Shown: positions 38,697 to 52,083, counted from the first letter of the whole stretch. The stretch: 63,423 nucleotides of DNA, filler included, from Atractiella rhizophila (GCA_021432655.1; 6 parts of 6 records of this genome joined end to end with filler, not necessarily neighbours in it); one strand, 5' to 3'. The notes: generated by a model from the letters alone, not told the origin. Numbers and translations: made by a program.

Positions 38697-39761
38697 TCAG
38701 TACATTCGATTTGCCATAGAAGCCAGCACTCTCTCAATCTCTCTTCGATAATAAACCTGTTCCGCCCACTCCCTCCTTCTCACCTCCCTCTCCCGTTCCC
38801 TCCTCTTCTTGTTCCACCTCACACTTCCTCCCACGACTGCAACACTTCCCACCCCCAAAAGGGAAACTACGGTCCAAATCCACTTCATCCTCTCCGGATT
38901 CTCTAGGACCAAAGAATCACACTTGCCTTCGGTCGTGCAGGTCCCACTGAGGCATTGGAAGTCGTTTTGGCACGCGACTTTGGGGGCAAGGAGGGGTTGA
39001 CAGATGGATGGGTTGGCCAGTAGGGAGCAGTAGAGACCTTCTATGCAGTTCGAGCGCGTGAGGATGGTCGTCGATGGCTCGCCTGTGGGTAGGTAGCCGG
39101 TGATGGAGGTGGTAGACATTTGACAGGGCTGTGAGAGCGAGACGTTGGCGACTGTGCAGATAGAGTTTAGGCAGACGGTTCGCCTCATAGCGTCTGAAGT
39201 CGAATTCGAGGGGAAGGGTGACAGCCCTTGCGCAAAAGAACGACATTGGTCTGTAATCACTCTGACTGAGATTCGATGCTGGAGTTGTGGAATGGGACGA
39301 CAAACCGTCACGGTTTAACTCGCAAACTCCTCCAATCGGCACAAGAGGTCGACATGCGTCCTCTGCGTCAGGACAAAATTGAGCTAATGTTGTATCTGCA
39401 TCAGCTTCAACACTTTCGGCCATTAAAGATATCGTACAAGGCGGGCACATAGGCGGTAACCTATCAGTAACGTTATACCTGCTCAATGCCTGTCAACATC
39501 ACCATATCCTCAAAGCACGGGCAGGTCTAAAACTGACCCAAACGGATATTCATCCTTCCTACACCCCTTCCGTGCACACGTTCCACTCCCACCGCTCCCA
39601 GACGCATCGGGAGCGCAGAAGAGGACAGGCCCACAATCAGTATGGAATGTATGAGAGGAGGGATCGAGCTTGTTGTTCGAAGGAACACAAGGTGAACCCA
39701 GCGTTTGTGCGTTAGTCTCAACTCGGAAGGCGAGAATGAGGTATGTAAAAGGCAAAATCAT
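38697..39761 (-). CDS. Cys-rich secreted single-pass membrane protein
   Basis: Signal peptide; C..KGCRKDEYPFG, FCPD.EDACRPL...G..CELNRDQC, many Cys; TM helix followed by basic/charged coil. Confidence 0.75.
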
Positions 39762-40682
39762 GGTAGTTCATCGAAAAAAGGCAAACAAGCTGCCCCTGAT
39801 TCCCTTGGGAAAGGGGTTCAAAAGTTAGCGGGAAGGTGGGAACACAGATACAAGACATGTCATCTGGTTGGCGGCGGTAAGCGCTCCGGTTCCAGTCCTG
39901 AACTCCTAAGAGTACTTATGCAGCACAAAGTGTGGCATAGCGCTCGTCTCAACTTCCCACAGAGCTTAGAAAGTGAACGAAGTCAGTCAAAACAAATACC
40001 GGAGTGGGAGTTGGTGCCCCAGAGCAGATGCTAGCAACGAATGACCATCACTAAGGCCGTACAAATTGCGTTCTCTGAATATGCATCACTAGAGAACGCG
40101 TAGGAGCAACCACTAAACAGGAATGGAGAGTGTTGAGATGATAATGTTGAGATGATAATGGAAGCCAATCTCGACCAATAGAGCATCCTCCAATATTAAC
40201 TTCTCAACAGTGTCGTTTTCTCGAGATCTATTGAGAGTCTTGCTAAGCATGAACATCTCACCACATTCCTCGATAATTGAAGTGGTTCCCCATTATGCCC
40301 GCTTTATTTACCTAACCAGTGCAAAAGCCCGAGCCAACCTGCTCCACTACTTGTCATGCAATGCTCCCATATCAACCTAGAATGATAAGCAATTCTCGTA
40401 TTATTCTGCTTCAATTTGGGGAGAAGTGGATCATGATTGTCGTTGTGGGGGAAGCGAACAAATACAGGTCAACAACTGCCTTCGAGAGCAGCAACGACAC
40501 GTTCATCCCAGCTTCGTGCTCAGCATTCGAGCTCACAGGAGCTGGTATCACAGCGTTCTACTTATTTCTCAAAATTCTTCAGTGCTTTCTATCCTGCTTC
40601 AGCTGGCCAACATCCAGCTTGCTCCAGGTCGTTTCCTCCACAGACCATCAACTACCAATTCGACTAATTCTGTCAGACCGCC

Positions 40683-43643
40683 ATGGTACCCCCATCTCTC
40701 CAATTCTCGCGGTCTCGCGACTTCGGCATAGTAATCGACGCTGGCTCGTCGGGATCAAGGATCATGGTTTATAGCTGGATTAAGCCGGAGGTGGAGAGGG
40801 AAATGAGGCTTAAGAAGGGAGAGACTCTCGAGGCTCTAATCAGAGTGGAAAAAGGAGTGGAAAGGGGTGAGGAGTGGGTCATGAGAGCTTCGCCTGGTGA
40901 GTGTACTTGGGTCTGGGATGAAGTTTAGCGCAGGAAATGGCGTGCTGTCTGTTGCTCCGTTGGTTCACTGAAGTAGTGTGCATTACATCGAAGTGTTGGA
41001 TGAATTTGAAGCTGGGCTACCAGTCACTAGGCTGGTAACTGACTGTGGTACTGCCTGCTCAAAAGCTATTCATACAAAGCTTATGATCTAGTATTCACCA
41101 TTCTGCTATTGTTTCCTCATGCAGGCAACTCCAGCGCTTTTTGTGTTGGGAGTCTGGATATTGCACGCTTAGTTGTGACCTGGAGTAGCATTCATGCATA
41201 ACCATATGATCAGCCCGATGGCCAGCGATATTGAATTCACCGTAGTTGTCTGTTACGATTTTGGTTTTGAGGATATCAATTATTAACCTGATTGTACAAG
41301 CACCCGCCAGTCAACATTGCTGGCTAGCAAAGTGAGAAATATTCCCCGCCATGAAATAGCTGACAGCCGAATTTCCTGGACGCGATCAATATCTATGGAG
41401 ATTTCTGGCTAGTGAGCCTATTGTCTTATGAAGCCACTCCTTGACACTAGAGAATCGAGACTAATGCTCTGTTCGCAGGCATCTCGACCTACGGCTCTGA
41501 CCCTCAATCCGTAAACAACCACCTTGACCCTCTGCTCGCACACGCCAAATCGCTCATTCCGCCTTCCCAAATACCCACAACCCCGATTTACCTCCTCGCA
41601 ACAGCAGGCATGCGCCTCCTCCCCACCGCGCAGCGCGAAGCACTTCTAGCAGAGGCGTGCTCGATCATTCGTTCCTTCGGCTTCTCCATGCACAACGGGT
41701 GTGGACACCATGTGCGGGTGATCAGCGGCGAAGAGGAGGGACTGTTTGGATGGGTGGCAGTGAATTATTTACTGGATGGATTCGATGCTCATCTTCATGC
41801 AGATGGAGAGGAGGAAGAAGGAGAGCAGGGATCGAGCACTTTTGGATTTTTGGATATGGGAGGCGCCAGCACACAGATTGCTTTTGAGCCCTCCAGTCAA
41901 GCGAGACGGTTGCATGCGGATAACCTTACCCCGGTGAAGCTTAAGTTGTTGAATGGGAGGGATGTGGAACATCAGGTCTTTGTGACAACTTGGTTGGGAT
42001 ATGGCACTAATAGGGCGAGGGAGAGATACGTCGACAGTGTGATTGAAGCCTATCTGGAGGAGGAGAAGGGAGGGAAACCGAGGGAAGAAGTGGGATCCGA
42101 GCGCCCCATGACCGTAGTAACGGATCCTTGTCTTCCAAAAGACCTGGTGCTTGCGGAATCTCGTCATGCTGGTTACTCTCTTCGGGGTACAGGCGAATGG
42201 GACGCCTGCTTACGGCGGACTTCTCCTCTCCTCAATAAGACAGCACCATGTTATGACGAACCCTGTCTCTTCAACGGAGTCCATGTCCCTCCCATAGATT
42301 TTTCAGTCAACCATTTCATTGGGATATCGGAGTACTGGTACTCAACTCAAGAAGTCTTCTCCCTTGGAGGCGTGTACGACTTCATCGAGTTCGAGCGGAA
42401 GGCGTTAGAGTGGTGCAGCCAAGATTGGGGGCAGATTGTGGAAGGGCATTCTGCTGTGAGGGAGGGTCAAGGTCACGATCGGAAGCTGACGATCGACCAA
42501 GCGAGACTTGAAATGCAATGCTTCAAGGCTGCTTGGCTCGTCAATATCCTCCATGAAGGGATTGGAGTGCCGCGGATAGGAGTAGATCAGGGGAAAGGAG
42601 AGTTCAATCTTGGATTTGGAGATCACGTCAACCACACAGAGGAGGGGATTGCGAAGGCTGGGGAAAAGGGATTGGGTAGCTTACCACCTGCTTTTCAAAG
42701 TCTAAACGACGTCAATGGAGTGGCGATTTCGTGGACTTTAGGTACAATGGTGCTTGAAGTTGCGAAGAGTGCAGGTGTTGGCCTTACAGCTCCACTCAGT
42801 GGGATTGGTGGGGTGAAGCATTTCGAAGGCGCGCTCGACAACGATTTCGGACACATACCTCAAGCTGGTCTGATCTCGGGCCTCTTCAGCGTCATAGGGA
42901 CAATTGACCCCATATTCCTCATTGGTTTCTGTGTCCTCGTCTGCGGCCTCTGGTATTACGCCTCTGCCCCCAAGCGGAGGAGGCAAGGCGACCTGTACCT
43001 ATCCGATATCGAAGGCGGACCCCGCGACGCCGCCCACAGTCGAACGTCCTCAGGCGTTCTCGTTCGCATTCTTCTCCCCCTTCGCTGGTGGAAGCTCAAG
43101 ATTTCTCGTTTCTGGAGCGCACGTAGTATACGACGAGGAGCAACCTTGCCTATCGCCGCTCCTCTAGTGCCTGTCCGTCCCCGAATGCCTCGTGGGATGA
43201 CGGTACCTGCCACTCTTCCTCGTGGGAGCGAGGGGAACGGTTATTCTGAAGGGAACTACCTTGACGCACCTATGCTTCCTGGTTTCATTGATCCGAAGAA
43301 ACTAAAGACGAAGAAAGACGTTCAAGCCGGTCTCACTCTTTCCACCTCCTCATCTGCAACAAATTTGCGCGCCATCTCGCAAGCTAGTCCTGGTCCTCTC
43401 ACTCCTCCTGCAACACCTCCCCTACGTTCAATGAGTCCCGTTCCGAACAGTGTACCCAAGAAACGGAATACAAGCGAGAGAGCTTCGTCGGATGCTTTCC
43501 TCTCTATTCCCTCAGGCGCTTCTACACCTCCTTATTTAGAAAGCGAGACTTCGACGCGGCCATCGTCCCGAAACTCCATGTCAAGTAATTTCAGTAGACG
43601 AAAAGATCCTTCATCGTATTCGGACGATTTTGAGGAACTATAA
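40683..43643 (+). CDS. YND1: Golgi apyrase (GDA1/CD39 NTPDase, Ynd1 type); intron 1 is 582 nt
   Basis: FGIVIDAGSSGSR, LATAGMRLL, ISGEEEGLFGWVAVNYL, DMGGASTQIAF, CFKAAW, SWTLG, TM helix and cytoplasmic tail. Confidence 0.96.
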
Positions 43644-43761
43644 CTATAGAAGATACATTTCAAGTTGGATGGGTCAGTATTTTCGAAAGGCAAACATAAA
43701 CTATCGCTGAATAAATTGTTAACAGAGACCGTAATTTATTGATTCATGCCGAATATGCGCT

Positions 43762-45436
43762 TCAACAACAACCACTAATACCAACGATAGACCTCACTTC
43801 GCATGTTCGTACCACGTTGTTTGTACACATTCTAGGTCTTATGCTTCGCTCTTCATATCCATCAACTTTTCTGGTTCTTTCGCGACAGCGCAAAATTCGT
43901 GATGTTGGGTTGTGGTTGAAAGTGGGTTTCGTGATTACACTTATGACGCTTCGCATTCGTCCCACCTACAAAATTATCGTGTAGTCATCTTGCATTTTAT
44001 TCGGAATAACACACCAGTACTGGAGAACCCAAACTCTCGCCTCGTCTTCCTAACCTCATTCGCTGCTTGCTGCCTGTTCCAATATCCGTCGGCACTTTTG
44101 CCGTGGCCTTTGAAAAGTGGTGAACCATCGATGACAGTAGCTTTCTCAAGGTTTCTGGTTCGATGAGAGACCGGATGGCTACCCTTCATATGCCGGGAGG
44201 CAGGTAAAGGAGCGTTCTTGCTTGAATGAACGGTGATGGGATAATAATCACCTGGAGCACGAGAATGGCCGACAGCAATCCGATTCGAGGGTCGTGGTGT
44301 CCCAACTCTCGTTGTTGGTTTCGTCTTCTCTCCCTCAGTCTCAAAGTATCCGCAATCATTCCCCCCGTCCAATAAACCAGAGGGTTGAGGTTCTTCTGGC
44401 GAAGCGGAAAGCCAGCTCGAGAACGGTTTAACGTCGTCTGTATCGTATAGAAGACGCGTCATGGTTGTATGTTCGAGGGGATTTGGCGAGTAGTCCTGTA
44501 ATTTCATAACAGCCTTTGATGCTCGGGGAGTTGCCTGTGTCGGCCCAAGACTTGAAAGGTCGGACTGGGGACCATTGCGAAGTTTCCCAATAGCTGAGGC
44601 GTGAGGATACTGTCTATGAATCCAAGCCTGAGTCTGTACCATGGCTGACGTAGAAATGTCTGGTACGGCAGAGCGGTGAATAGTGACGTCCTTGGGCAGG
44701 AAGGGATTTGACGCAAGCGAGGGACCGTTGAGAGGCGGACGTTCTGTCTTCTCCTTTGCTAATAGCCCAATAGCCACGTCTTCCGAACTGCTTTCGACGA
44801 AAATTGGCTGCATTCTTGAACCTTTTAAAGGTAACGGCGGGAACGCTTCAAAGTTCCGTCTTGACACTGAACTTCGACTAGGGATAACTTCTGAGTCTGA
44901 GCTCGCCTTTAGTTGCTGTGGGGGACTCGAAAGACCCCAAACAGGAGAGGAATGAGGTCGTCCAGCAAGCACCTGCTGAAGCTGTGTGACAGAGTCGTCC
45001 TCAACGTCACAACGATCCGAACAATCTCCAATCTCTCCATCTGCACTCCCATAAGAATAACAAAAGAACGAGGCTATGATGCATATATATTTCTAGATTT
45101 CAAGCTCTCACCTGGAGTTCGAGCACGCGTCCTGCATTCCACTTTCCTCGGATGCAAGTAGTCAACTTGGTCAAGGACGCGTTTTTTCGCTAGAGAATCC
45201 GTAATCCAGCTACAATCTAGGATGCGAATATCCAACTCTTCTCTTACAACTTCTAGTCGCTCCACTAACTCACACCTGCAGCCATTCCACGAGAAAAAGA
45301 GCCCAATTTGCTGCTGCCATTTTTCAACCAGCTCTGCGTTCGCGAGGATACCACCATTCTGCACGAAAAGGTCTTTTGCAACACTTGGGCAGGATGGAGA
45401 AAACCAAGCTGGAATAGCAGGGAAGAGTGTCGACAT
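43762..45436 (-). CDS. Protein with N-terminal BRCT-like domain (Bqt2/TERB2-like) and disordered tail; 3' end uncertain
   Basis: AWFSPS......F..NGG ... LFFS ... ILDCSWITDSL....LD..DYL; introns near 45111 and 43975. Confidence 0.6.
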
Positions 45437-45869
45437 TTTTTTGGTTGTGATCGCTCGTCAAGTTCGGGCCTGCGAAAACGCTTGCATCAACATGCTTCAA
45501 CCATCAGTCACCATGATCACAACCAAACCAAACGAAATTGGAGATTTTACACGACGAAAAGCATCAGTAATAGTACAAGAGGAGCGGGGTGAAGGTCCAT
45601 CGCTTACGAACAATACGAAACGTGCGAAGACGTAGGACGTTGAAAAGAGGGAGAAAAACCGATCTGGAAACAAACAGATGGAAACAACACGTAACGGATC
45701 GCGAACAGAACGGTGCTACTCCTCCTGCGATGCCAACGCCATGAAAGCTTCAAAAGAGAAGTAACAACTAAAAAGGAAATGGATAATCGGCATAATCGAT
45801 GAAAAAAAAAAACTAAAAACCTCGGCGGGATAGGTCGATTGAAAAAATCAGAAATCAGAGTTTGGCGAG

Positions 45870-47128
45870 CTAGTTGACGACCTTCACTCTTTTCTTGCCC
45901 CTCCCGAGGCTCTTGGACAGGCTCGTTGTTGACGCACTCCTCTTGATCGCTCTCACAGAAGGGAGATCTACGTCCGGCAGTTTGGCTGAAGTCTTCGGAG
46001 GGGACGTCTCGGAATCGTCGGGCGACGAATCACCTCCTCCTTCAGCGTAGAACATCTCCCAAGCTTTTTTCACCGCCAACTCATTCCTCATACTACTTCC
46101 AACATTCCTTCTGCCAATCAATATGGGACGATGCCTCGGATTATGCATGCCTGGAGAGTTCTTCGTCCCCCATATGGAGAGAAAGACGATTCTGGTGAAG
46201 CCAAGGAAGAAGGCTGAACTCAGGTATACGGGCGCAGGATGACGACAAACCTTTTCATCCTACGATTGTACAAGAACCAATTTGCGCTCCAGAGCAGCCC
46301 ACTGGAACTATCGTCGTCGAAGAACCAGGTTTTAGGATCCATCACAGGCGTTTCGGGTCTTTGAATCGAACGAGACCGTCTCGGTCGAGGAGTGGTCGGT
46401 CTAGAGAGGGCAGGATCGCTCGCTTCCCAGTCCATAGGCCCAAACTGGAATTCGTCCTCAATCTCATCCCCTAAATCACCATACACCTCCTCGTCATCCT
46501 CGTCATCCGAATCGAATGCGTGCGGGTCGCTATCCACATCCGGATTGTACGAGTAGATCTCGCAATCTTGAATGGATATGACAGGGTCGAGGATCTGCCT
46601 GAGAAAGGGATGACCGGCATGATCGGGATTGGAAAAATAAGAGAAAGGATTGCGAGCGAGGAACGGGTCTGCAATCACTTCGTCGGGAGGATAGCTCGAT
46701 GGGTATCCAGAAAATGATTTGTGAGCTGAAGCAGAAAGGCTGAGGATGTTGCTCAGGGGACCCATGAAGACTTTGGCATTGGGTTCCTTCTTGAACTCCT
46801 CGGGTCTAACCGTGGTGAAGTCGTGGTCTGGGAAAGCTTGGTTGAGTGTTGCGATCAGAAGCCAGAAGGTTTTTCTGCTCTCCTTCTTGTCCAACGGACC
46901 GAAAGCGCTATCGACTACTCCATCCTTATCTTCTGGAGGAGAGAGGGAGATAGAATGCGAAATATCGGAGACGAGGGACTGGTCGAATTGTTTGTAAGTC
47001 TTTCGCTCCTTGCTGACTGGCTTGCAGGAGTAGGCCTCGATCCTAGTTGTCACTCGAATGGAAGGTGAAGAGTAGGACAGCGCGCCAGCTAAAAGGTCAA
47101 GCTCGTGATTTCCGGTGAGAAATTTCAT
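45870..47128 (-). CDS. MAF1: RNA polymerase III repressor Maf1
   Basis: MKFL, RIEAYSCK, FGPL....SRKTF..LIATLN.AFPDHDF, CEIYSY.P..D.DP, LWS.N.F.YNR.MKR. Confidence 0.96.
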
Positions 47129-48419
47129 GTCGAAAATCGAAGCAACGATACTGAAACGTCACGGAAAGGATAGACTATGAACTGACAGAATATAAATCGT
47201 TATTCTGACACTCGTTGATCCTTGGAGAATTCGTATTCGTATACGAGATGAATTGATAAGTATTACTGTGGCAAGGAACACGAAGTCGAGCCAAACGATG
47301 GCCTGAGCAACGCGAAGAAGGGTCGAAAGGTTCAGGGGTCTGGACGACTACGACTCGAACAAACGCAGCTTGAGTTGACGCTGTTAGTTGGGCTTAAGCC
47401 CAACGAGAGCACATTATGAAGATTGTAGAAGGGCTTAGAGGATTTGGTGGTGAACGTGGATTGGAACTTGGTCGTTGTTGTAGACGCATCCCGACCCTTA
47501 AGAGTGCGCGGTTCCGTTGACAAACAAGGACAAAGTGTNNNNNNNNNNNNNNNNNNNNNNNNNNNNNNNNNNNNNNNNNNNNTTAATTAATTAANNNNNN
47601 NNNNNNNNNNNNNNNNNNNNNNNNNNNNNNNNNNNNNNAACAACGGAGCACAGGAGTAGCATCGACAGCACAGAATAGAATGTGACTTTAGCTTAGCGTC
47701 CCCACCAACTTGATTTGTTCGACGCCAATTGTGTAAAGTGGCAAAGAATGTTTGTCTCCCCTTCGCCGAGCCTGAATGTATGATGACAACATGGGCAACA
47801 AAAACGGCGAATCATAGATCCCATAGAGCAACAGGTGGCATGCAGGACTCAAGGTAAAGAAGCAACTGGACTCCTTGGCGGAGGAGCTTTAGAATCAACC
47901 GTTAGGACTTGCTTATTAGGTCATCAAACCTTCCAGCTAGAGATGGAGAAGGACTTGCTCAGATCATTATGGTGACTTGAGGCTCAGCTGTACAGCTGAA
48001 CAAAGAGCTGGATTGAAAGTATATCTTAAATTCCAAAGGGTGAGTGTTATCGCTAAAGTGAGCAAGTCAGCGCTTTGGGTCTTAAAGATGCGCCAATTTG
48101 AAGGAGCACGATTTTACGATCCACTAATCAAAAGTTAAGAAGATGCTCACGAATAAACAATGCACGCAATTCAACTTGACAATAGAATGAGAAAAGCTTG
48201 CGCTCTGATGGGATTTGAAGCTAAGGAGATGCCGAATCGTCTCATGGGATGTTGACGAAGGGGCACCTATCTTCAGGATGTCCTTGTCATAAAGGATAAC
48301 CAAAAATCACAAAATAAGATAGGAAGCTCAATGATGAAGCCAACATGGTAAAGTGTTGGTTGTAATGCTCACCGTGTCACGTTGGCCTGAATTCTCTCGC
48401 TGTTTCTTAGAGCCACTAA

Positions 48420-48990
48420 TAGCCAGCCTGAGACACTTTTAGTTGCCTGCGTCCTTCTCTTGTTCTATGAGCCAGTTGAGCAGCTCGCAGATCTATCTCC
48501 TCGTCAAATGCCAAGTCACCTGTCCGCCTCCGTTCGCAAACGCAAATCCCATTGCAACCAACATCTGCGCGCGCGACATCGCGCGACCCTCCCAATGACG
48601 GCGAACGGGAAGGTTTGTGCAAGCTGAGGATGGCAAACTTTGCTTTGTACTATAGAGCGATGTGTGGGTTGTTGCACTTTGTAGTCGAAATAGAGGATGA
48701 AAGAAATGAATAACTAAATATTATTTTGTTCGACTACAAAGCGCAAGACCCCGCTGAGAAAGGGCAGAAGCGCTCACCCTAACCAACGAGGATTTGGATA
48801 GTGCGCTCTATAGACTTGGAGGAAGCAAGGGGACGGGTGGGTGGGACTTAAAAAGAGAACGCGTATGAAGACTGCTTGCTAGTTAGGGGCAGCAGTCCTG
48901 AGCGTGAGGCCTTTGCTTGCAAGCAAAGTAAGCGCCTCACGTGCACAAACGCAACTTTCGCTTCTTCGTGCCTCATTTACGAAACTTCAC
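48420..48990. ncRNA. Candidate highly structured RNA of unknown class
   Basis: Multiple 6-18 bp helices (see findings), no credible ORF. Confidence 0.45.
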
Positions 48991-49213
48991 TACTCAGACA
49001 GACAATGGTCTCTATCAAATGGTAAACTGCATCAAAAGTAATCTCGATAGGTCCAAGTGACTAGTATCCTACAAATGTACAATGGAAATCCCAAAAGTTG
49101 ACAGAAAGTATAATCGCTCTGCCATGTTGCCTATCTCGTTGACGGAAACCAAAAGTCCAAAATGTGTAATTATTCACAAGAAACGTCCAACTGTAGATTC
49201 AGACAGCCGATAA

Positions 49214-52083
49214 CTATGGTGCACATGGTATAAGGTCTTCCTTGCTTTCTGACGGAGCCATGCCTGGCGTGGGGATCTGTCGACGAAAGTCAGATTGTTC
49301 AAACCAAAGGGGAAAGAAACAACGCACGGGTGTGACATTTTGGACCTTGAGAGTCGGTTTCTTTTCCATCCTCACTCCGCTCCACACGACATCATGATCC
49401 CTCGTGAGCTCTTCAAGGTCATTACCTTCTCCAGGACCATCGTTGTCCTCTCCGATCTGCCACGCTCCCACCTCTGGGTGTTCACTCGTACGGGTTGCTG
49501 GTCCAGCGTTCTTCAACTTTTGATACGGTGCGGAGTGCAAGGAAGCAGCTGGAGGGAATCGGAAGCTTTCCATGCTAGAACGGTGCGTCTGGATCGAAGG
49601 GAGCTTTCGACCTGTGCTTCCGTAGAACGAGTCTGTTTGGCTATTGGACTGAGGTTGAGATCCACTGCTATGGCCCTGAGAGGAGCTTTCACGTCTTCCC
49701 CACGCTGGGTACAGGTGTGAATGCGACGAGACAGGATCAGGTGGCACCCAAGTCGGTATGCTTTGGATCTGAGAGGAACTGTCTTTCCTTCCCCACATGG
49801 GTAGTTCGGAGCTGTCGGAGGACTGGACAAGAGTCGTTCCACTGCTCGGCTGGATAGATGAAATGGAAGGATGAGCGTACGAGTCGCCCTCGCCAACATC
49901 GGTTCGGTATACAGCACCAGGCACATGTGAGACCGCCATACCAACCCAGGAAGAAGGAGGGGTCACGGGACGCTGCTGTGCGACGTCTCTCCCGACTCTC
50001 CCTTCTTGGAGGATAATTACGTTGTCGTGGCTACTCTTACGGANNNNNNNNNNNNNNNNNNNNNNNNNNNNNNNNNNNNNNNNNNNNNNNNNNNNNNNNN
50101 NNNNNNNNNNNNNNNNNNNNNNNNNNNNNNNNNNNNNNNNNNNNNNNNNNNNNNNNNNNNNNNNNNNNNNNNNNNNNNNNNNNNNNNNNNNNNNNNNNNN
50201 NNNNNNNNNNNNNNNNNNNNNNNNNNNNNNNNNNNNNNNNNNNNNNNNNNNNNNNNNNNNNNNNNNNNNNNNNNNNNNNNNNNNNNNNNNNNNNNNNNNN
50301 NNNNNNNNNNNNNNNNNNNNNNNNNNNNNNNNNNNNNNNNNNNNNNNNNNNNNNNNNNNNNNNNNNNNNNNNNNNNNNNNNNNNNNNNNNNNNNNNNNNN
50401 NNNNNNNNNNNNNNNNNNNNNNNNNNNNNNNNNNNNNNNNNNNNNNNNNNNNNNNNNNNNNNNNNNNNNNNNNNNNNNNNNNNNNNNNNNNNNNNNNNNN
50501 NNNNNNNNNNNNACCACCCGCATTTGCTAGGATTTTCTGGGTATTTGTAATCTGTTTTACCGTCGAACGTGGTCTTCCACGAGCTCGCAGTCACGTCGTA
50601 GACGCTGCCAGAGTCCATCAACAACTTGAAATCGAAAGGATTGAAAGATTGAAGCGGCGTACTAGATTCCGGGCTGGTCACACATGAGGTCCTGCTCGAC
50701 CAATCCACCAACGACGAGCATCTCCCTGCCCACCAACTCGCACGTATGACCGACTCTTACACCAGGGTGACCAGGTAGGTTGTCTCCCACATATGTCCAC
50801 CTGCGAATCGTATCAGGACAATCTCAGCGCAGTGGGGACAAGGAAAACGAACTTGTAGGAAGGAATGTCGAGGATGTAGACGTCGCTATAGCGCGCCGTT
50901 TGATTCGCGTTCTGGCCTCCGTATACGAAGATCTGAAAGTTCTTGTCACCGCTCTTCCCAAGGACGGCACAGTGGTTCGTTCCTGTCCTCAAATTGCTTA
51001 GTGTGAGAAGAGACGGAGGGAAAAATACCCACGAGGAGGCAGGGTATCGCCAGTCGTTGGCTGTTTTCCCCACTCGTTTGTGTCGAGGTTGTACACTGAG
51101 GCCAAAGTTAAGGAATAGGCGGAGTGTCTGATTGAGGAGTGAGCACGGACCATCGAGAACATCGTTTGTGATGATCAAATGATCATTCCCTCCTCCGAGG
51201 GATACGAGCAAGCCTTTACCATCCGATGGAACCCACGTAAGCGTGTGGTCTGCGCGGTAGACCGGATCACTGGATGAGCCAGTCTGTACTCCATCTGTGA
51301 ATCGGCGACCAAGAAGACGAGGAAGGAACTGACGGAAAGATTCTGATAAGTCCCGGCTTGAAAGTCGAATTCAACGAGACCACCAGTGTAGACTCGCTGA
51401 GTGTCGATGGACCATCCATACACCGAGTTATAGTCCATGTGGCCTCCAAAATCTGTGTTCGCCCTCAATACTCGTGCCAACTCATCCTGAACAAATAAGT
51501 TCGCTCACAGTATGCGTTTCCACCATTCTCCATCTGCGCTCCCGCACCTTCCGCAATCCTGACCAGTTCTCCATCTCCATTCAAAGTTTGCGTCCTCCAT
51601 CCTCCACTTTCATCCCACCTCCAGATCGGTGCCTGGGTCGGTTGAACATATGGTTGATCCGAGAACTCTCCACCGTACTGTAAGAGGCTCCCCTCTGGGC
51701 CACAGAAGAGACTGCCGAGGGAGACAGCTGGGGGATTAGCGTTGCCGAGTGAGATTTGTTTGAGAGGTGGAGAACCGGTTGAAAAGCTCGAATCGAGTGG
51801 TAGGGAGAGGAAGGCGTTTGTCCACGTCCCACTTTGCTGACCTGGCTCTAATCGAGCTTGTCCGCCGTAGACGTAGAGGGTGTTGTTGATGCGCGCAGTT
51901 TGTTGTCCCCATCTGTACCATCACTACTCATCAGCATTCAATATTCAAAGTCCTTTTAAAGCTTTGGTTGTGTGAATAAGGGGCAGAAAGAAAAGCATAC
52001 CGCACGCAGGGATTAGGCTGTTGTGTGGTTTGTGCGTTTGCCGTGGAGACGAGAAGGAAGGTGAAGAAAAGTTGAAGCGTCAT
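49214..52083 (-). CDS. Kelch/galactose-oxidase-like beta-propeller cell-surface protein (TM segment probably in gap)
   Basis: Signal peptide MTLQLFFTFLLVSTANA; LYVYGG, LLVSLGG, CAV......IFVYGG......SDVYILDIPS..W, GHTCELV; Ser/Pro-rich cytoplasmic tail. Confidence 0.8.

Noticed and set aside
48776..48784. Firm call of telomerase RNA from ACCCTAACC
   Set aside because: No U-rich/A-rich pseudoknot downstream and the motif may be base-paired; kept only as a hypothesis.
48690..48912. U3 snoRNA (GAGGATGA and GAGCGTGA boxes)
   Set aside because: Box A, box C and terminal box D are missing.
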